A stretch of 35,308 bases of DNA from Verrucomicrobiota bacterium (lineage in GTDB: Bacteria > Verrucomicrobiota > Verrucomicrobiia > Limisphaerales > JAHEOI01): contig JAHEOI010000383.1 in the NCBI GenBank assembly GCA_018610125.1, positions 1-35,308 of the forward strand, given 5' to 3'. Position numbers and translations under genes: made by a program. Below, piece by piece: positions 1 to 8,514 of this stretch. Every line of letters starts with the position of its first letter. Within the stretch, counting starts at the first letter, position 1. Under the pieces are notes generated by a model. That model did not search any database. It was not told the origin of the DNA and saw nothing but the letters and a program-made list of their open reading frames with translations.

Positions 1-603
1 GCTCGGGCAGTGCACTGTCACGAAGGGGTATTCCTTCCGAGAGCTCTGGTCGTGCATCCAACGCGCCAGAACGCTCTTGCCGGTTCCACTTTCGCCGAGC
101 AATAGAATTGTGGCCGGCGTCACCGCCGCCTTTTTTCCCAGCTCAAAAAGACGCCTTACCTTCGGTTCGTTCGTCTCAAACGTCACGGTCGACCCTTCGC
201 CATTGTCCAATCGCGATTCCAGCGCCATGACACGCCCCTCTAATCGCCTCACATGGTCGATTTTGTCGAGGACCTGGCGTATTTGATCGGGCGTAAAGGG
301 TTTCGAAAGGTAATCAAAGGCCCCTGCCTTGATCGCCTTGACCGCCGTCTCAATCGATGCGAATGCCGTAAAGACCACCACGTGAAGGCCGGACTCGATC
401 CGAAGGAGCTTCGGCAACAGCTCCAAGCCATCCATTTCGCGAAGTCTCAGGTCCAACAAGGCGGCATCATACGACCCCTTTTGAAGCTTTTCGAGCGCAG
501 TCTGCCCGTCTTGAGCTGTCTCACACGAATGTCCAATGCCTACGATCGCGGTCGCGGTGCTTTTGCAAATGTTTGCATCATCATCGATCACAATCACATT
601 CAT
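1..603 (-). CDS. Sigma54-dependent response regulator (NtrC/AlgB family), 5' part; runs off the window edge
   Basis: Translated manually (absent from the ORF track): MNVIVIDDDANIC...ALLDLRLREMDGLELL...FTAFASIETAVKAIKAGAFDYLSKPF is a receiver domain; ILLLGESGTGKSVLARWMH...PFVTVHCPS is the start of a sigma54 AAA+ domain with Walker A. Confidence 0.95.
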   Translation of the reverse strand, partial: MNVIVIDDDANICKSTATAIVGIGHSCETAQDGQTALEKLQKGSYDAALLDLRLREMDGLELLPKLLRIESGLHVVVFTAFASIETAVKAIKAGAFDYLSKPFTPDQIRQVLDKIDHVRRLEGRVMALESRLDNGEGSTVTFETNEPKVRRLFELGKKAAVTPATILLLGESGTGKSVLARWMHDQSSRKEYPFVTVHCPS

Positions 604-791
604 ACGCCATAACCGAGCCTACGACCCATTCGACCGGAAATCAAAACCGCGGTCTGGGCGGTATCCCTCGCTTGCGATAACTGGAGAAAAGTAGGGACAC
701 AGAAGACTGTCAGCCCATGAGGGAAGGACCGCTTACCCTTTAGGCCTTTTCCCCTCTTGACTCCCCATGAAGCCGTGGTGAAGAGAGAAGT

Positions 792-869
792 GGGAACGCC
801 GAGGACGGCGTCCCTATCAAGGAGGGAATCGTTTCGTTTTCCACATGGGGACGTCGTTCCCGAGGCCCC
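792..869. repeat. REP-like palindrome (792-819) with a degenerate inverted copy (843-869)
   Basis: GGGAACGCCG-AGGA-CGGCGTCCC-TATCA forms a hairpin. 24 bp (796-819) are identical to 26276-26299. 843-869 matches the reverse complement at about two thirds of positions. Confidence 0.7.
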
Positions 870-1277
870 GTTCTTTAACGATAAAGCCGGAGCCCAATAC
901 ACTGAAATCGCCCCAAACGCGTATTGACTTAAGGTCTCTCCATACCCTGAACGGTAGTAGCGCCTGCGCTCTGCCGGGAACCACCCCCACGCAGCGCGAT
1001 CCCTAAACGCTCAGGAAACGATCCGGGCTCGCTTCAGTACAGGTCGCACCCGCCACCGGAGCGAACGCTGGATTACATCCCGGTGGACCATGAGACGGCA
1101 ATCGTTCACAAGGCCCCCCGGGATCACAGGCAAGCCTTCGGCGTGATGCTCGGTTCAGCACACCAAGCTCCCGCGACCCAACCTTACTCCTATGCGCCTC
1201 ACCTGGCGCCCGAAAGCCCGCCGACCCTCTTGCTCGATCACGCGGGCCGGCTATTGCCTCAATCGGCCTGAGGTTGG

Positions 1278-1712
1278 CTACTGGCTAATTTCAACCAGCT
1301 CCACGTCAAAGAGGAGGTTCTTGCCGGCGAGCGGATGATTGGCATCCACTGTGATATTTTCCTCACCCACGTCGGTAATCACGAGTCGCATCTGCTGCCC
1401 TCCGTCTGTCTGGGCTTGCAAAACTTTGCCTTCTTCGGGCTGCACATCCGAAGGGAGCTGGCTCTTCGGCACCTGTTGGATGAGATTGTCATCCCGCTCA
1501 CCGAAGGCTTCTTCAGAGGAGAGCCGCACCTGTTTCTGTTCCCCTTGTTTCAGTTCCTGAACCGCGTTTTCGAGTCCCGGAATAATCTGGCCTTCACCAA
1601 TCGTAAACTCGATGGGGTCTCGATCGTACGACGAATCAAAGACGCTGCCATCCTCTTCGAGAGTGCCTTTATAATGCACTTTCACCTTGTTGCCTTCTTG
1701 TGGTGTTTCCAT
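1278..1712 (-). CDS. slyD: FKBP-type peptidyl-prolyl cis-trans isomerase (SlyD-like, no His-rich tail)
   Basis: VKVHYKGTLEEDGSVFDSS, FTIGEGQIIPGLENAV, VDANHPLAGKNLLFDVEL motifs. ATG at 1712 is preferred over 1760. Confidence 0.9.
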   Translation of the reverse strand: METPQEGNKVKVHYKGTLEEDGSVFDSSYDRDPIEFTIGEGQIIPGLENAVQELKQGEQKQVRLSSEEAFGERDDNLIQQVPKSQLPSDVQPEEGKVLQAQTDGGQQMRLVITDVGEENITVDANHPLAGKNLLFDVELVEISQ

Positions 1713-1992
1713 TAGATCTGTCTTATTTGGTTTGGTCTTCGGGATCTTGATCGCGCTCATTTCCGCACTGGCGCAGTCAGCTGCTACCTTATCAATCCAT
1801 GCGGTCTTGCCCGATCCCGTCCATCGTGCGTCGCCCGGCAGCTCAAATCGAAACCGTGGCGGGCGCCCCTGGCACTATCCCGACTTACCGTTATTTCAAT
1901 CACCCTAAGAGCAAGCAAGGGATACATCAAGCAGCCATTTGGATCCGTCGTTTCTGCCACGCACGAAGCGTTGCCGAGACACGTGAGACGGA

Positions 1993-4521
1993 TCAGCCGG
2001 GTAATCTATCATACCGCGCGGCGTACCGTTTGAGCAATGCCGACGCAACTTCCTGCCAGATGTGGACCTTTTCAAATGAGTCCAATACCAGCTCCTTTTG
2101 CGGAATCAGCAGGCGATACCACGACGAATCATGCAGTAGCTCCCAAATTGCTTCCTTAGAGATCGTCAAGTGATACCAAGCCCGCTCCACCTTGAAGCGA
2201 TGCAGCTCAAAATAGAGTGCGTCCAGATCAAGCAGGCAGACATGCTTGGCGGTCAGGTGCCCTTCGTTCCGGCCTTTTTCGACGTTACCGCTCCGGATAT
2301 CTTGAGACCTTATGGCCTGAATCTCGGGGTACCAGTTGAGCACCACAGGGCTTTCGATCAGGTGTTGGGTTGGCTCGTCGTGCTCCGCACTCGGCTTTCG
2401 AAGGGTCAGGATCATCCCCCGCTTCATGGAAGCAGTGCCCGGTCTTGTGCTCACGGGCTTGCTCGTTTTGACCGAGCGTGCGGCATGATGTCCGAGGAAC
2501 GATACGCCTTCGTCTTCGAGGAAGTCGCGGAACCGCGCCATGTAATCGGCTTTGATGCCGAAGATATTAAGAGTCTCAAGCTCACGCATTTCCTCGGGAG
2601 GCTCGACTTCCTCCGGCAATTGCACCTTGCTGCTCCGCTTCAGGCACCGGTCGTACCCTTTCAACCGCACACCTCGACCAAAGAGCTGAATGATTTGAGA
2701 TCCCTCTCCGCTTCCGACGTTCATCAGCCCCATCGTGCTGACCCGCCAACTATCCCAGCCCTCGGTAAACTTCTTGGAGCCGATAAGGAGGTTGACCGTC
2801 GAGCTTGACTTGTTGATATCCCGAAAGAGAGATCCCGAGAAAGCCCGTTCGGTGACGACCAGCTCTTCCCGTTCGTCGCACAATTTGCAGAGCTGGGTGT
2901 CATTCCCCACGTTGATAACGCCAAACGGCTGACTGTCGCTTCCAAGCTTTAACGCGATTTCCCCTGGTGCCCCCTTTAGATTTTCCAAATGCAACAAGCC
3001 GCCGGCCGGGTTGTTGAACAAGGATGCAAGGATGGCATCGAATACCTGCTCCGCTGAGAGGTGGCAGTCATTCAGGTAACCGAATCGACCGGCAAAGATG
3101 TCCCGCCCATCTGCGTCACGCACTCCGTCATTCAGCACCCGAGCAATCCGTGCGACACTACCTTGCCGATCGCCAATGAATCGCGCCAGGAAAAGCAAAA
3201 TTTGCAGGATGTCGCTTGCCTCCTTCTTGCCCAGTCCGGCAGTCACACCCCCTCCGACAAAGACCCACAAAGGCTTCTCAAGATGGAACGGCCTCAATCG
3301 CTCTTTGTGCTTACGAAAGAGCCGTTGCTGCTGGTAAAAGGCAAGCAGACAACCGACAAGATACAATTCACGATCGTTTTCCGACGTGGCCTTGCCCGAC
3401 GTTGCCTCGGTGAGGTCGAGGTTCAGAATCTGAAAATCCTTGCCATAGCCATCGCTGTAAAAGAAGCGGTAGGAGTAGTCGAAAAGGACAGACCGAGCAT
3501 AATGATTGCTCATTCCCCTATCCCCTTTCACTGCCTGCCCGAACGTCGCCGAGTATTCAAACGAGAAGCCGTTCTCACACAACGCGTTTCGAAAGCGCAT
3601 CCATGCCCCCTCCTTGCCCCGAGTGGCACCTCGGTGTCCCTCATCAACAAGAACGAGATTATTTCCCTCAAAGGCATTCACGGCGATCGTCTTCTCACCC
3701 ATCTCGCTGCCGAGCTTGTGAATATCGATGATCTCAATCTCTTGCCATTCGCGGTGATGCCGCCCGTCCTTCCGGAACAGCCCGGCCCGCATTCCCGCTA
3801 CATCAAAGGCCTCAAGGTGCTGCCGACTCAGTCCCTCATTCGGCGTCAACAAGAGAATCCGGTTCAAGGGAGCGTGATTGCCATGCTTCTCTGAGTAGTG
3901 CCGATACTGGAGAATATTCATCTGCATGACGAGGGTCTTGCCCGAGCCGGTCGCCATCCAGTAAGCAAGCTTATTAAGCTGATGTCGTGCGTCGGCTTCC
4001 TCATTCATCGGAGGGACTCGATCCGAAGCCGGATGCGTGGCATTGTACGCCTCGATTTGCCGATTAAGGCTCTTCACCAAGGCATCGGGATCACGGAAAT
4101 AATGATCGAGGAAGACCTCGGTAAACAACAATGTCAGGTATTGAAAGTACTTCCACGTAATCGACTCTTCTCCCTTCACCAATCGAGCCTCGTTTAGCTG
4201 CCGTGTGTGCCGGACAATATTTCGGTCATACGCCAACAGGACTTCAGGTGGCAGCGTCTCACTGTTTTCCATTCGATCAGCGAGGGCGTAATAAAAATGG
4301 TGCACATTATTCTCATCCAGACCTTCGATTGCATCCGTGTCGATGCCGAATTTTTCCTTGAAAGCCCCCAGCAATGGCATTCGTCCTCTCGGATCGTCGA
4401 CATAGCCGTCGCTTGATTGGAGACCAAACAGTGTAAACAGCCACTGGTTGAGCGCCAGTTTGCGCGCGAAAGGCACCTGTTGCCGGTCATCACCCCGTCG
4501 TTTGGTCTCTCGCTTGGTCAT
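1993..4521 (-). CDS. res: Type III restriction-modification Res subunit (SF2 helicase/ATPase), apparently lacking the C-terminal nuclease domain
   Basis: Motifs WMATGSGKT (I), LVDEGHRG (II), YSATF (III), KKFTEGWD (V) and QLFGRGVR (VI); directly downstream of mod. No PD-(D/E)xK motif is seen before the stop. Confidence 0.9.
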   Translation of the reverse strand: MTKRETKRRGDDRQQVPFARKLALNQWLFTLFGLQSSDGYVDDPRGRMPLLGAFKEKFGIDTDAIEGLDENNVHHFYYALADRMENSETLPPEVLLAYDRNIVRHTRQLNEARLVKGEESITWKYFQYLTLLFTEVFLDHYFRDPDALVKSLNRQIEAYNATHPASDRVPPMNEEADARHQLNKLAYWMATGSGKTLVMQMNILQYRHYSEKHGNHAPLNRILLLTPNEGLSRQHLEAFDVAGMRAGLFRKDGRHHREWQEIEIIDIHKLGSEMGEKTIAVNAFEGNNLVLVDEGHRGATRGKEGAWMRFRNALCENGFSFEYSATFGQAVKGDRGMSNHYARSVLFDYSYRFFYSDGYGKDFQILNLDLTEATSGKATSENDRELYLVGCLLAFYQQQRLFRKHKERLRPFHLEKPLWVFVGGGVTAGLGKKEASDILQILLFLARFIGDRQGSVARIARVLNDGVRDADGRDIFAGRFGYLNDCHLSAEQVFDAILASLFNNPAGGLLHLENLKGAPGEIALKLGSDSQPFGVINVGNDTQLCKLCDEREELVVTERAFSGSLFRDINKSSSTVNLLIGSKKFTEGWDSWRVSTMGLMNVGSGEGSQIIQLFGRGVRLKGYDRCLKRSSKVQLPEEVEPPEEMRELETLNIFGIKADYMARFRDFLEDEGVSFLGHHAARSVKTSKPVSTRPGTASMKRGMILTLRKPSAEHDEPTQHLIESPVVLNWYPEIQAIRSQDIRSGNVEKGRNEGHLTAKHVCLLDLDALYFELHRFKVERAWYHLTISKEAIWELLHDSSWYRLLIPQKELVLDSFEKVHIWQEVASALLKRYAARYDRLPG

Positions 4522-4571
4522 CCTTTCCCTTCCTTAAGCCTGACACTCCTCAAAGTGATACGGTAATCCAA

Positions 4572-7500
4572 TCACCCCTCAAACATGAGTCGATGGAAGT
4601 CCTCCTCGATTAACCGAGCTTTCCAGGTGTCATCCGCGGCTCGCACGACTTCCAGATTGTGATCGCCGTTGACGTAAATCAGGTCCAAGTCGTGGTCGCG
4701 TCCGACCAAGCCCCTCCTTTTGAGCCACTCATTAAGAACCAAGTTGTCCTGTTCGGCTCCTTCCCGAGGACCGAGCTCGATCGCCTTCGGCATTTTTCTC
4801 CAGATCACCAGTGCTCGCTTACCGTCAGGCAGCGTCCCCCTGACCGTCCGGAACCACCATAAGTCTCGGAGGTCGCCTGTCGGGTCCGGCTCCAAGGGTC
4901 CCTGAAGCCCGAGGTGCCCTTCTGGCGATCGCTCAAGGGCCACTGTAACAGTTTGCGGCGCCGCGATGTGCTCCACTCGCAGCCCGATAAGATAGTTGAA
5001 CGTCTCCAGCAGATCGATTTGGGTCTCTCGGCTCGCCCCACTGCCGGCCGGCTTCACTTTGAGCTTGTAATTCGTGGGGTCCAAGAAGGCGTCGATGTTC
5101 AGCAAGGAATTACTGCCTCGCGTCTCAACATCAAGGAAGTAACGAAGCAGGTATTGCTCCTTGAGTCCGCCGTCCCCTTGGGCCTCGGTTGACGCCAGGG
5201 CGTTCCGCCGTGCCTCGGTCCGGTTTAATTCCAAGTTATTGAGTGTGTCCTCGTACGACTCGAGGCGGAGGTATTTCACGACTTGAGAAAGGCCATCCTC
5301 GCTCTTTGGACGCCCCTCTCTCCAGTCACTCGAGTAAGCCGCCTTTACTACGCGCGGTTTCGTCACCGTATCGAAGTAATCCCCCATTTCCACGAGCAGA
5401 TACCCTCGGCTCCCGCCGTCTTGCCTGTTCAGACTGATCACGGCGTGTGCGGTCGTTCCCGAGCCCGCAAAGTAATCAAAGATCATGTCGGCGCTGTTCG
5501 ATACGGCAAACACGCAGTCCCTCACCGTATAGAGGGATTTCGGGAAATCAAACCGCCCTTTTTCAAAGCCCATATTCGTCAAAACCTTGGTACCATAATC
5601 GCCTGCGTTGTACCGGGACCCGTACCATACGGTCTTGAACTGGGTATCCGCCTTGGCCTTCATAATCCGGAGGTGACCGGATCGCGCCTTGTCTACCTTC
5701 AAGTGACGTTTGATTTTGGCCACCGTCTCGCGGGCATACCGCCATTTTCGCTCGACACCGTCCGCATCGACCGGATACACCGCGACGGTTCCATCGTTCA
5801 TTTGCACGTTCGGCCGGGCGGGATGGAAATCGTCATCGCACACATCGCCGAATCCGACAATCTTGTGGTCCTTCACATAAATCGGATAGAAGCAATTCCT
5901 CCCATCGTGGCGCAGCGACTCACCACCCCAATTTCGAAGGTTCGCGTATTCCCATTCCGTTTCGGGGAGCTCTGCCCGATTCAACTCGGCCAATTCCGGT
6001 GAGAGAACAAACACGGCAAAATCGTTTGTGTAGGAGAAATAACGCCCTTGCACTCCTTTACGATTGTGCTCGATTGCCACTGTTGTGATCGAACAATCAG
6101 GAAACATCTCCATACAGATTCGCTCAAGTCCGTTGCGCTCGTTCTCGTCGATCGCAATGACACATGAGCCATCTTCGGTCGACAACGAACGGGCAGCCTC
6201 GAGGCGATCGTGCATCAACGAAAGCCAAGAAGAATGCTTATAATTATTTTTGTATGCGATCTCGCTTGATAGCGAATTGTAAGGCGGGTCAATGTAGGTA
6301 CATTTGACGCCCTTCTCATAGCGTCGCTGCAATAATCGGATCGCTTGATAATTCTCCCCCTGCACCAGGAGTCCGTTTGTTTGATCTTCCAGCCCATGTA
6401 GGTTCTCAAGAATGCGCGCAGCCATCTCTTTTGGGAAAAGTGCCGTGTCGAGAGGGAGATAGGGATGCGCCCGCAAGAAATCCGTTGTCAACGGCTCCGA
6501 ATACCCGAACTTGGCCTTGAGGTTATCAATTTTAAACAGTCGAGCCCATTCCCTTCGCTGAGCATCATTTTGGGCAATCTCCGGATAAAACGCCTCAGGG
6601 ATGCGGTCGAGGGTAATGCAGTAATGGGCTTCAACGACAAACTTTTTCTTGAGCCAAAGCTTCTTTTGAAATTCTTCGAGCTGAGCGAGGAATTCGATAA
6701 TCTTATGGGCGATCTTTCGAATCACTTTAATTTTCGACAAACACTGCTCCAGTCGCGAGCCCGCTCCCGACTCCAGATCGTCCAGGTGCATGACCTCGTT
6801 TTTCACATAGAAATCGAGCTCCCGCCGAAGAAACCCGCCAAGATCCTTATGGATGAAATAATCAAAACTGTTTCTAGCGACAAATCGTTCCAGATGAGCC
6901 TTTAAGCGGCTGTAGCCGACCCGCTGACCGTTCGTATTGATTTCGGGCTTGGCCAACTCCGCCATCCATGGACGCAGAGACTCCGCCTCGACTGCCAATA
7001 GCTGATTAACCATCCGCTCGGTCAACTCCTTCTGTTTCGGCGGCTTCGGGCGCTTTTGACGCTTTTCTTGGCTCTTTCGCTCGTCCTCCGGCCAATCGCC
7101 CATTCTCGCCGGACGATCCTCAAATCGGATGACAAGCTCCCCCACCTCCTCAACGATCGAAGGTTCGCTCGCAAGCACCAGTACCCGATCGCCGTCGGCG
7201 GCCTTAACATTGTCGTGTTCCTCTTCCACCGCCCCCACCAAACGAAACCGCACTCGCATCGGATTTTCGTGGCTTTCGTCGTCTTGATGAGGCTTAAGTT
7301 TGAAGACGTAGTCGCTGAGAGACCGCCCGCTTTTGATATAGTATTGGTCACGATTGGCCCAGTGGAGCTTGACTTCTTCGCCCTCGTACGGAATCGCGTA
7401 GACGCCCGGCTTGTAGACGCGGTTGGGCAGAAAATCGCCATCTTGATAATAGCGACGGAAAAAGCGATAGAGGTGATCATAGACCTCATTCTCAAGCTGG

Positions 7501-7721
7501 GCGATATCCGTGCCTTTTTCGAAGGTGTCGGTGTCCTCCTTGGACGGACATTGTTCTTTGAAGGCCTCGCGGACCTGTGGCAGCAGCTCGTTATCCAGGA
7601 AATGGGTGATCTCGCCGGCCTTGACATGCATGATCCGATAGAGACCGAAATCCAGCTCGGGCCGGTCGAGCTGAAACAGCTCCTTCAGGAGAAGTATGAG
7701 CTGGTCGTGTTTCCGGCTCAT
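4572..7721 (-). CDS. mod: Type III restriction-modification DNA methyltransferase (Mod)
   Basis: YIDPPYN catalytic motif precedes DYFAGSGTTAHAV SAM motif (beta class); N-terminal LDFGLYRI, YYIKS and DYFIHKDLGGFLRRELDFY motifs; C-terminal LESYEDTLNNL. Confidence 0.95.
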   Translation of the reverse strand: MSRKHDQLILLLKELFQLDRPELDFGLYRIMHVKAGEITHFLDNELLPQVREAFKEQCPSKEDTDTFEKGTDIAQLENEVYDHLYRFFRRYYQDGDFLPNRVYKPGVYAIPYEGEEVKLHWANRDQYYIKSGRSLSDYVFKLKPHQDDESHENPMRVRFRLVGAVEEEHDNVKAADGDRVLVLASEPSIVEEVGELVIRFEDRPARMGDWPEDERKSQEKRQKRPKPPKQKELTERMVNQLLAVEAESLRPWMAELAKPEINTNGQRVGYSRLKAHLERFVARNSFDYFIHKDLGGFLRRELDFYVKNEVMHLDDLESGAGSRLEQCLSKIKVIRKIAHKIIEFLAQLEEFQKKLWLKKKFVVEAHYCITLDRIPEAFYPEIAQNDAQRREWARLFKIDNLKAKFGYSEPLTTDFLRAHPYLPLDTALFPKEMAARILENLHGLEDQTNGLLVQGENYQAIRLLQRRYEKGVKCTYIDPPYNSLSSEIAYKNNYKHSSWLSLMHDRLEAARSLSTEDGSCVIAIDENERNGLERICMEMFPDCSITTVAIEHNRKGVQGRYFSYTNDFAVFVLSPELAELNRAELPETEWEYANLRNWGGESLRHDGRNCFYPIYVKDHKIVGFGDVCDDDFHPARPNVQMNDGTVAVYPVDADGVERKWRYARETVAKIKRHLKVDKARSGHLRIMKAKADTQFKTVWYGSRYNAGDYGTKVLTNMGFEKGRFDFPKSLYTVRDCVFAVSNSADMIFDYFAGSGTTAHAVISLNRQDGGSRGYLLVEMGDYFDTVTKPRVVKAAYSSDWREGRPKSEDGLSQVVKYLRLESYEDTLNNLELNRTEARRNALASTEAQGDGGLKEQYLLRYFLDVETRGSNSLLNIDAFLDPTNYKLKVKPAGSGASRETQIDLLETFNYLIGLRVEHIAAPQTVTVALERSPEGHLGLQGPLEPDPTGDLRDLWWFRTVRGTLPDGKRALVIWRKMPKAIELGPREGAEQDNLVLNEWLKRRGLVGRDHDLDLIYVNGDHNLEVVRAADDTWKARLIEEDFHRLMFEG

Positions 7722-7744
7722 TGTGACTCTCCCTTAAGAAAATA

Positions 7745-8503
7745 CTATCGGCGTTTACCTCTCCGGTTTAACTCCACGCGCAGGAGCTGCGTCGTCCAGC
7801 GACGTCCTGTGCGAGTCCGGAATCCCTCTTCATTGAGCACACTAACGATGTCCTGGAAGGGAACCCCGCCCTCACGCTCCCGCTCGGCTTTGACCATAGC
7901 TTGCTCGAATTGCTCCTTGAAGCGATCCTTAACACTGACATGCACTCCGCTATTCTTGTGGTCCTTCCCTTCACGTTTTGCGGCCGCGCGCGCCTCTTTT
8001 TCCTTCCGTTTTTCTTCCTTCTCGCGAGACTGTGCTTTCAAAGCCTCTTGCGCCCGTTGTTTCCTCACTTCAGCGTCCTGATTCTTAATTTCCCGCAGCT
8101 TCTCCTCCAACCACAAATACACCTGATAATAGGGCGGTCCCTCAGACGAGCTTGCGGCAATTTTTTGATCGATCGATGCAAAGTCAATGTGATATTCGCT
8201 ACTGTATACATACCGAGTCATTGATTTCGTTCCATGCCGGATGGCGGATGGGCCGCTATTCGAGAGGGTGCTCAGCACCTCGGTGCAGAACGGCATCAGC
8301 CATGCACGAGCCTGCTCCTCCGTGAGACCGGCATACTTGGACCACCAGGCCAGCAGCCCGGTAAGCTGAATGCGCGGCGGATGCGCCTTCTGAAGTCGGT
8401 CCGGCTCAGGCCCCTGTAGGATCAGCTTTTTCAACCAATATGGAACCTCCGTCTGGGTCCCGCTCAGGGCCTCTTGCAGTATTGTCAGATGTTTCTGTCT
8501 CAT
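7745..8503 (-). CDS. Hypothetical DNA-binding protein: helical N-terminal domain, charged coiled coil, C-terminal recombinase-type helix motif
   Basis: 252-aa ORF fills the gap between the permease (11 bp) and mod (23 bp). The C-terminal IVSVLNEEGFRTRTGRRWTTQLL matches the I-x3-LN-x2-G-x2-T-x2-G-x2-W pattern of the serine-recombinase DNA-binding domain. No catalytic YxRvS motif. Confidence 0.75.
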   Translation of the reverse strand: MRQKHLTILQEALSGTQTEVPYWLKKLILQGPEPDRLQKAHPPRIQLTGLLAWWSKYAGLTEEQARAWLMPFCTEVLSTLSNSGPSAIRHGTKSMTRYVYSSEYHIDFASIDQKIAASSSEGPPYYQVYLWLEEKLREIKNQDAEVRKQRAQEALKAQSREKEEKRKEKEARAAAKREGKDHKNSGVHVSVKDRFKEQFEQAMVKAEREREGGVPFQDIVSVLNEEGFRTRTGRRWTTQLLRVELNRRGKRR

Positions 8504-8514
8504 TGGTTTCTTAT

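Noticed and set aside
4572-7721. Phase-variable simple sequence repeat in mod (phasevarion)
   Set aside because: No SSR tract or long homopolymer was seen in the gene or its upstream region.
7056-8081. 341-aa plus-strand ORF (and similar ORFs at 2170-2808, 3061-3894, 5283-6002)
   Set aside because: Antisense shadows of mod, res and orf252, as expected in GC-rich DNA.
7745-8503. Integrase/serine recombinase marking a mobile element
   Set aside because: Only the DNA-binding motif is present; no catalytic domain and no att sites or flanking direct repeats were seen.
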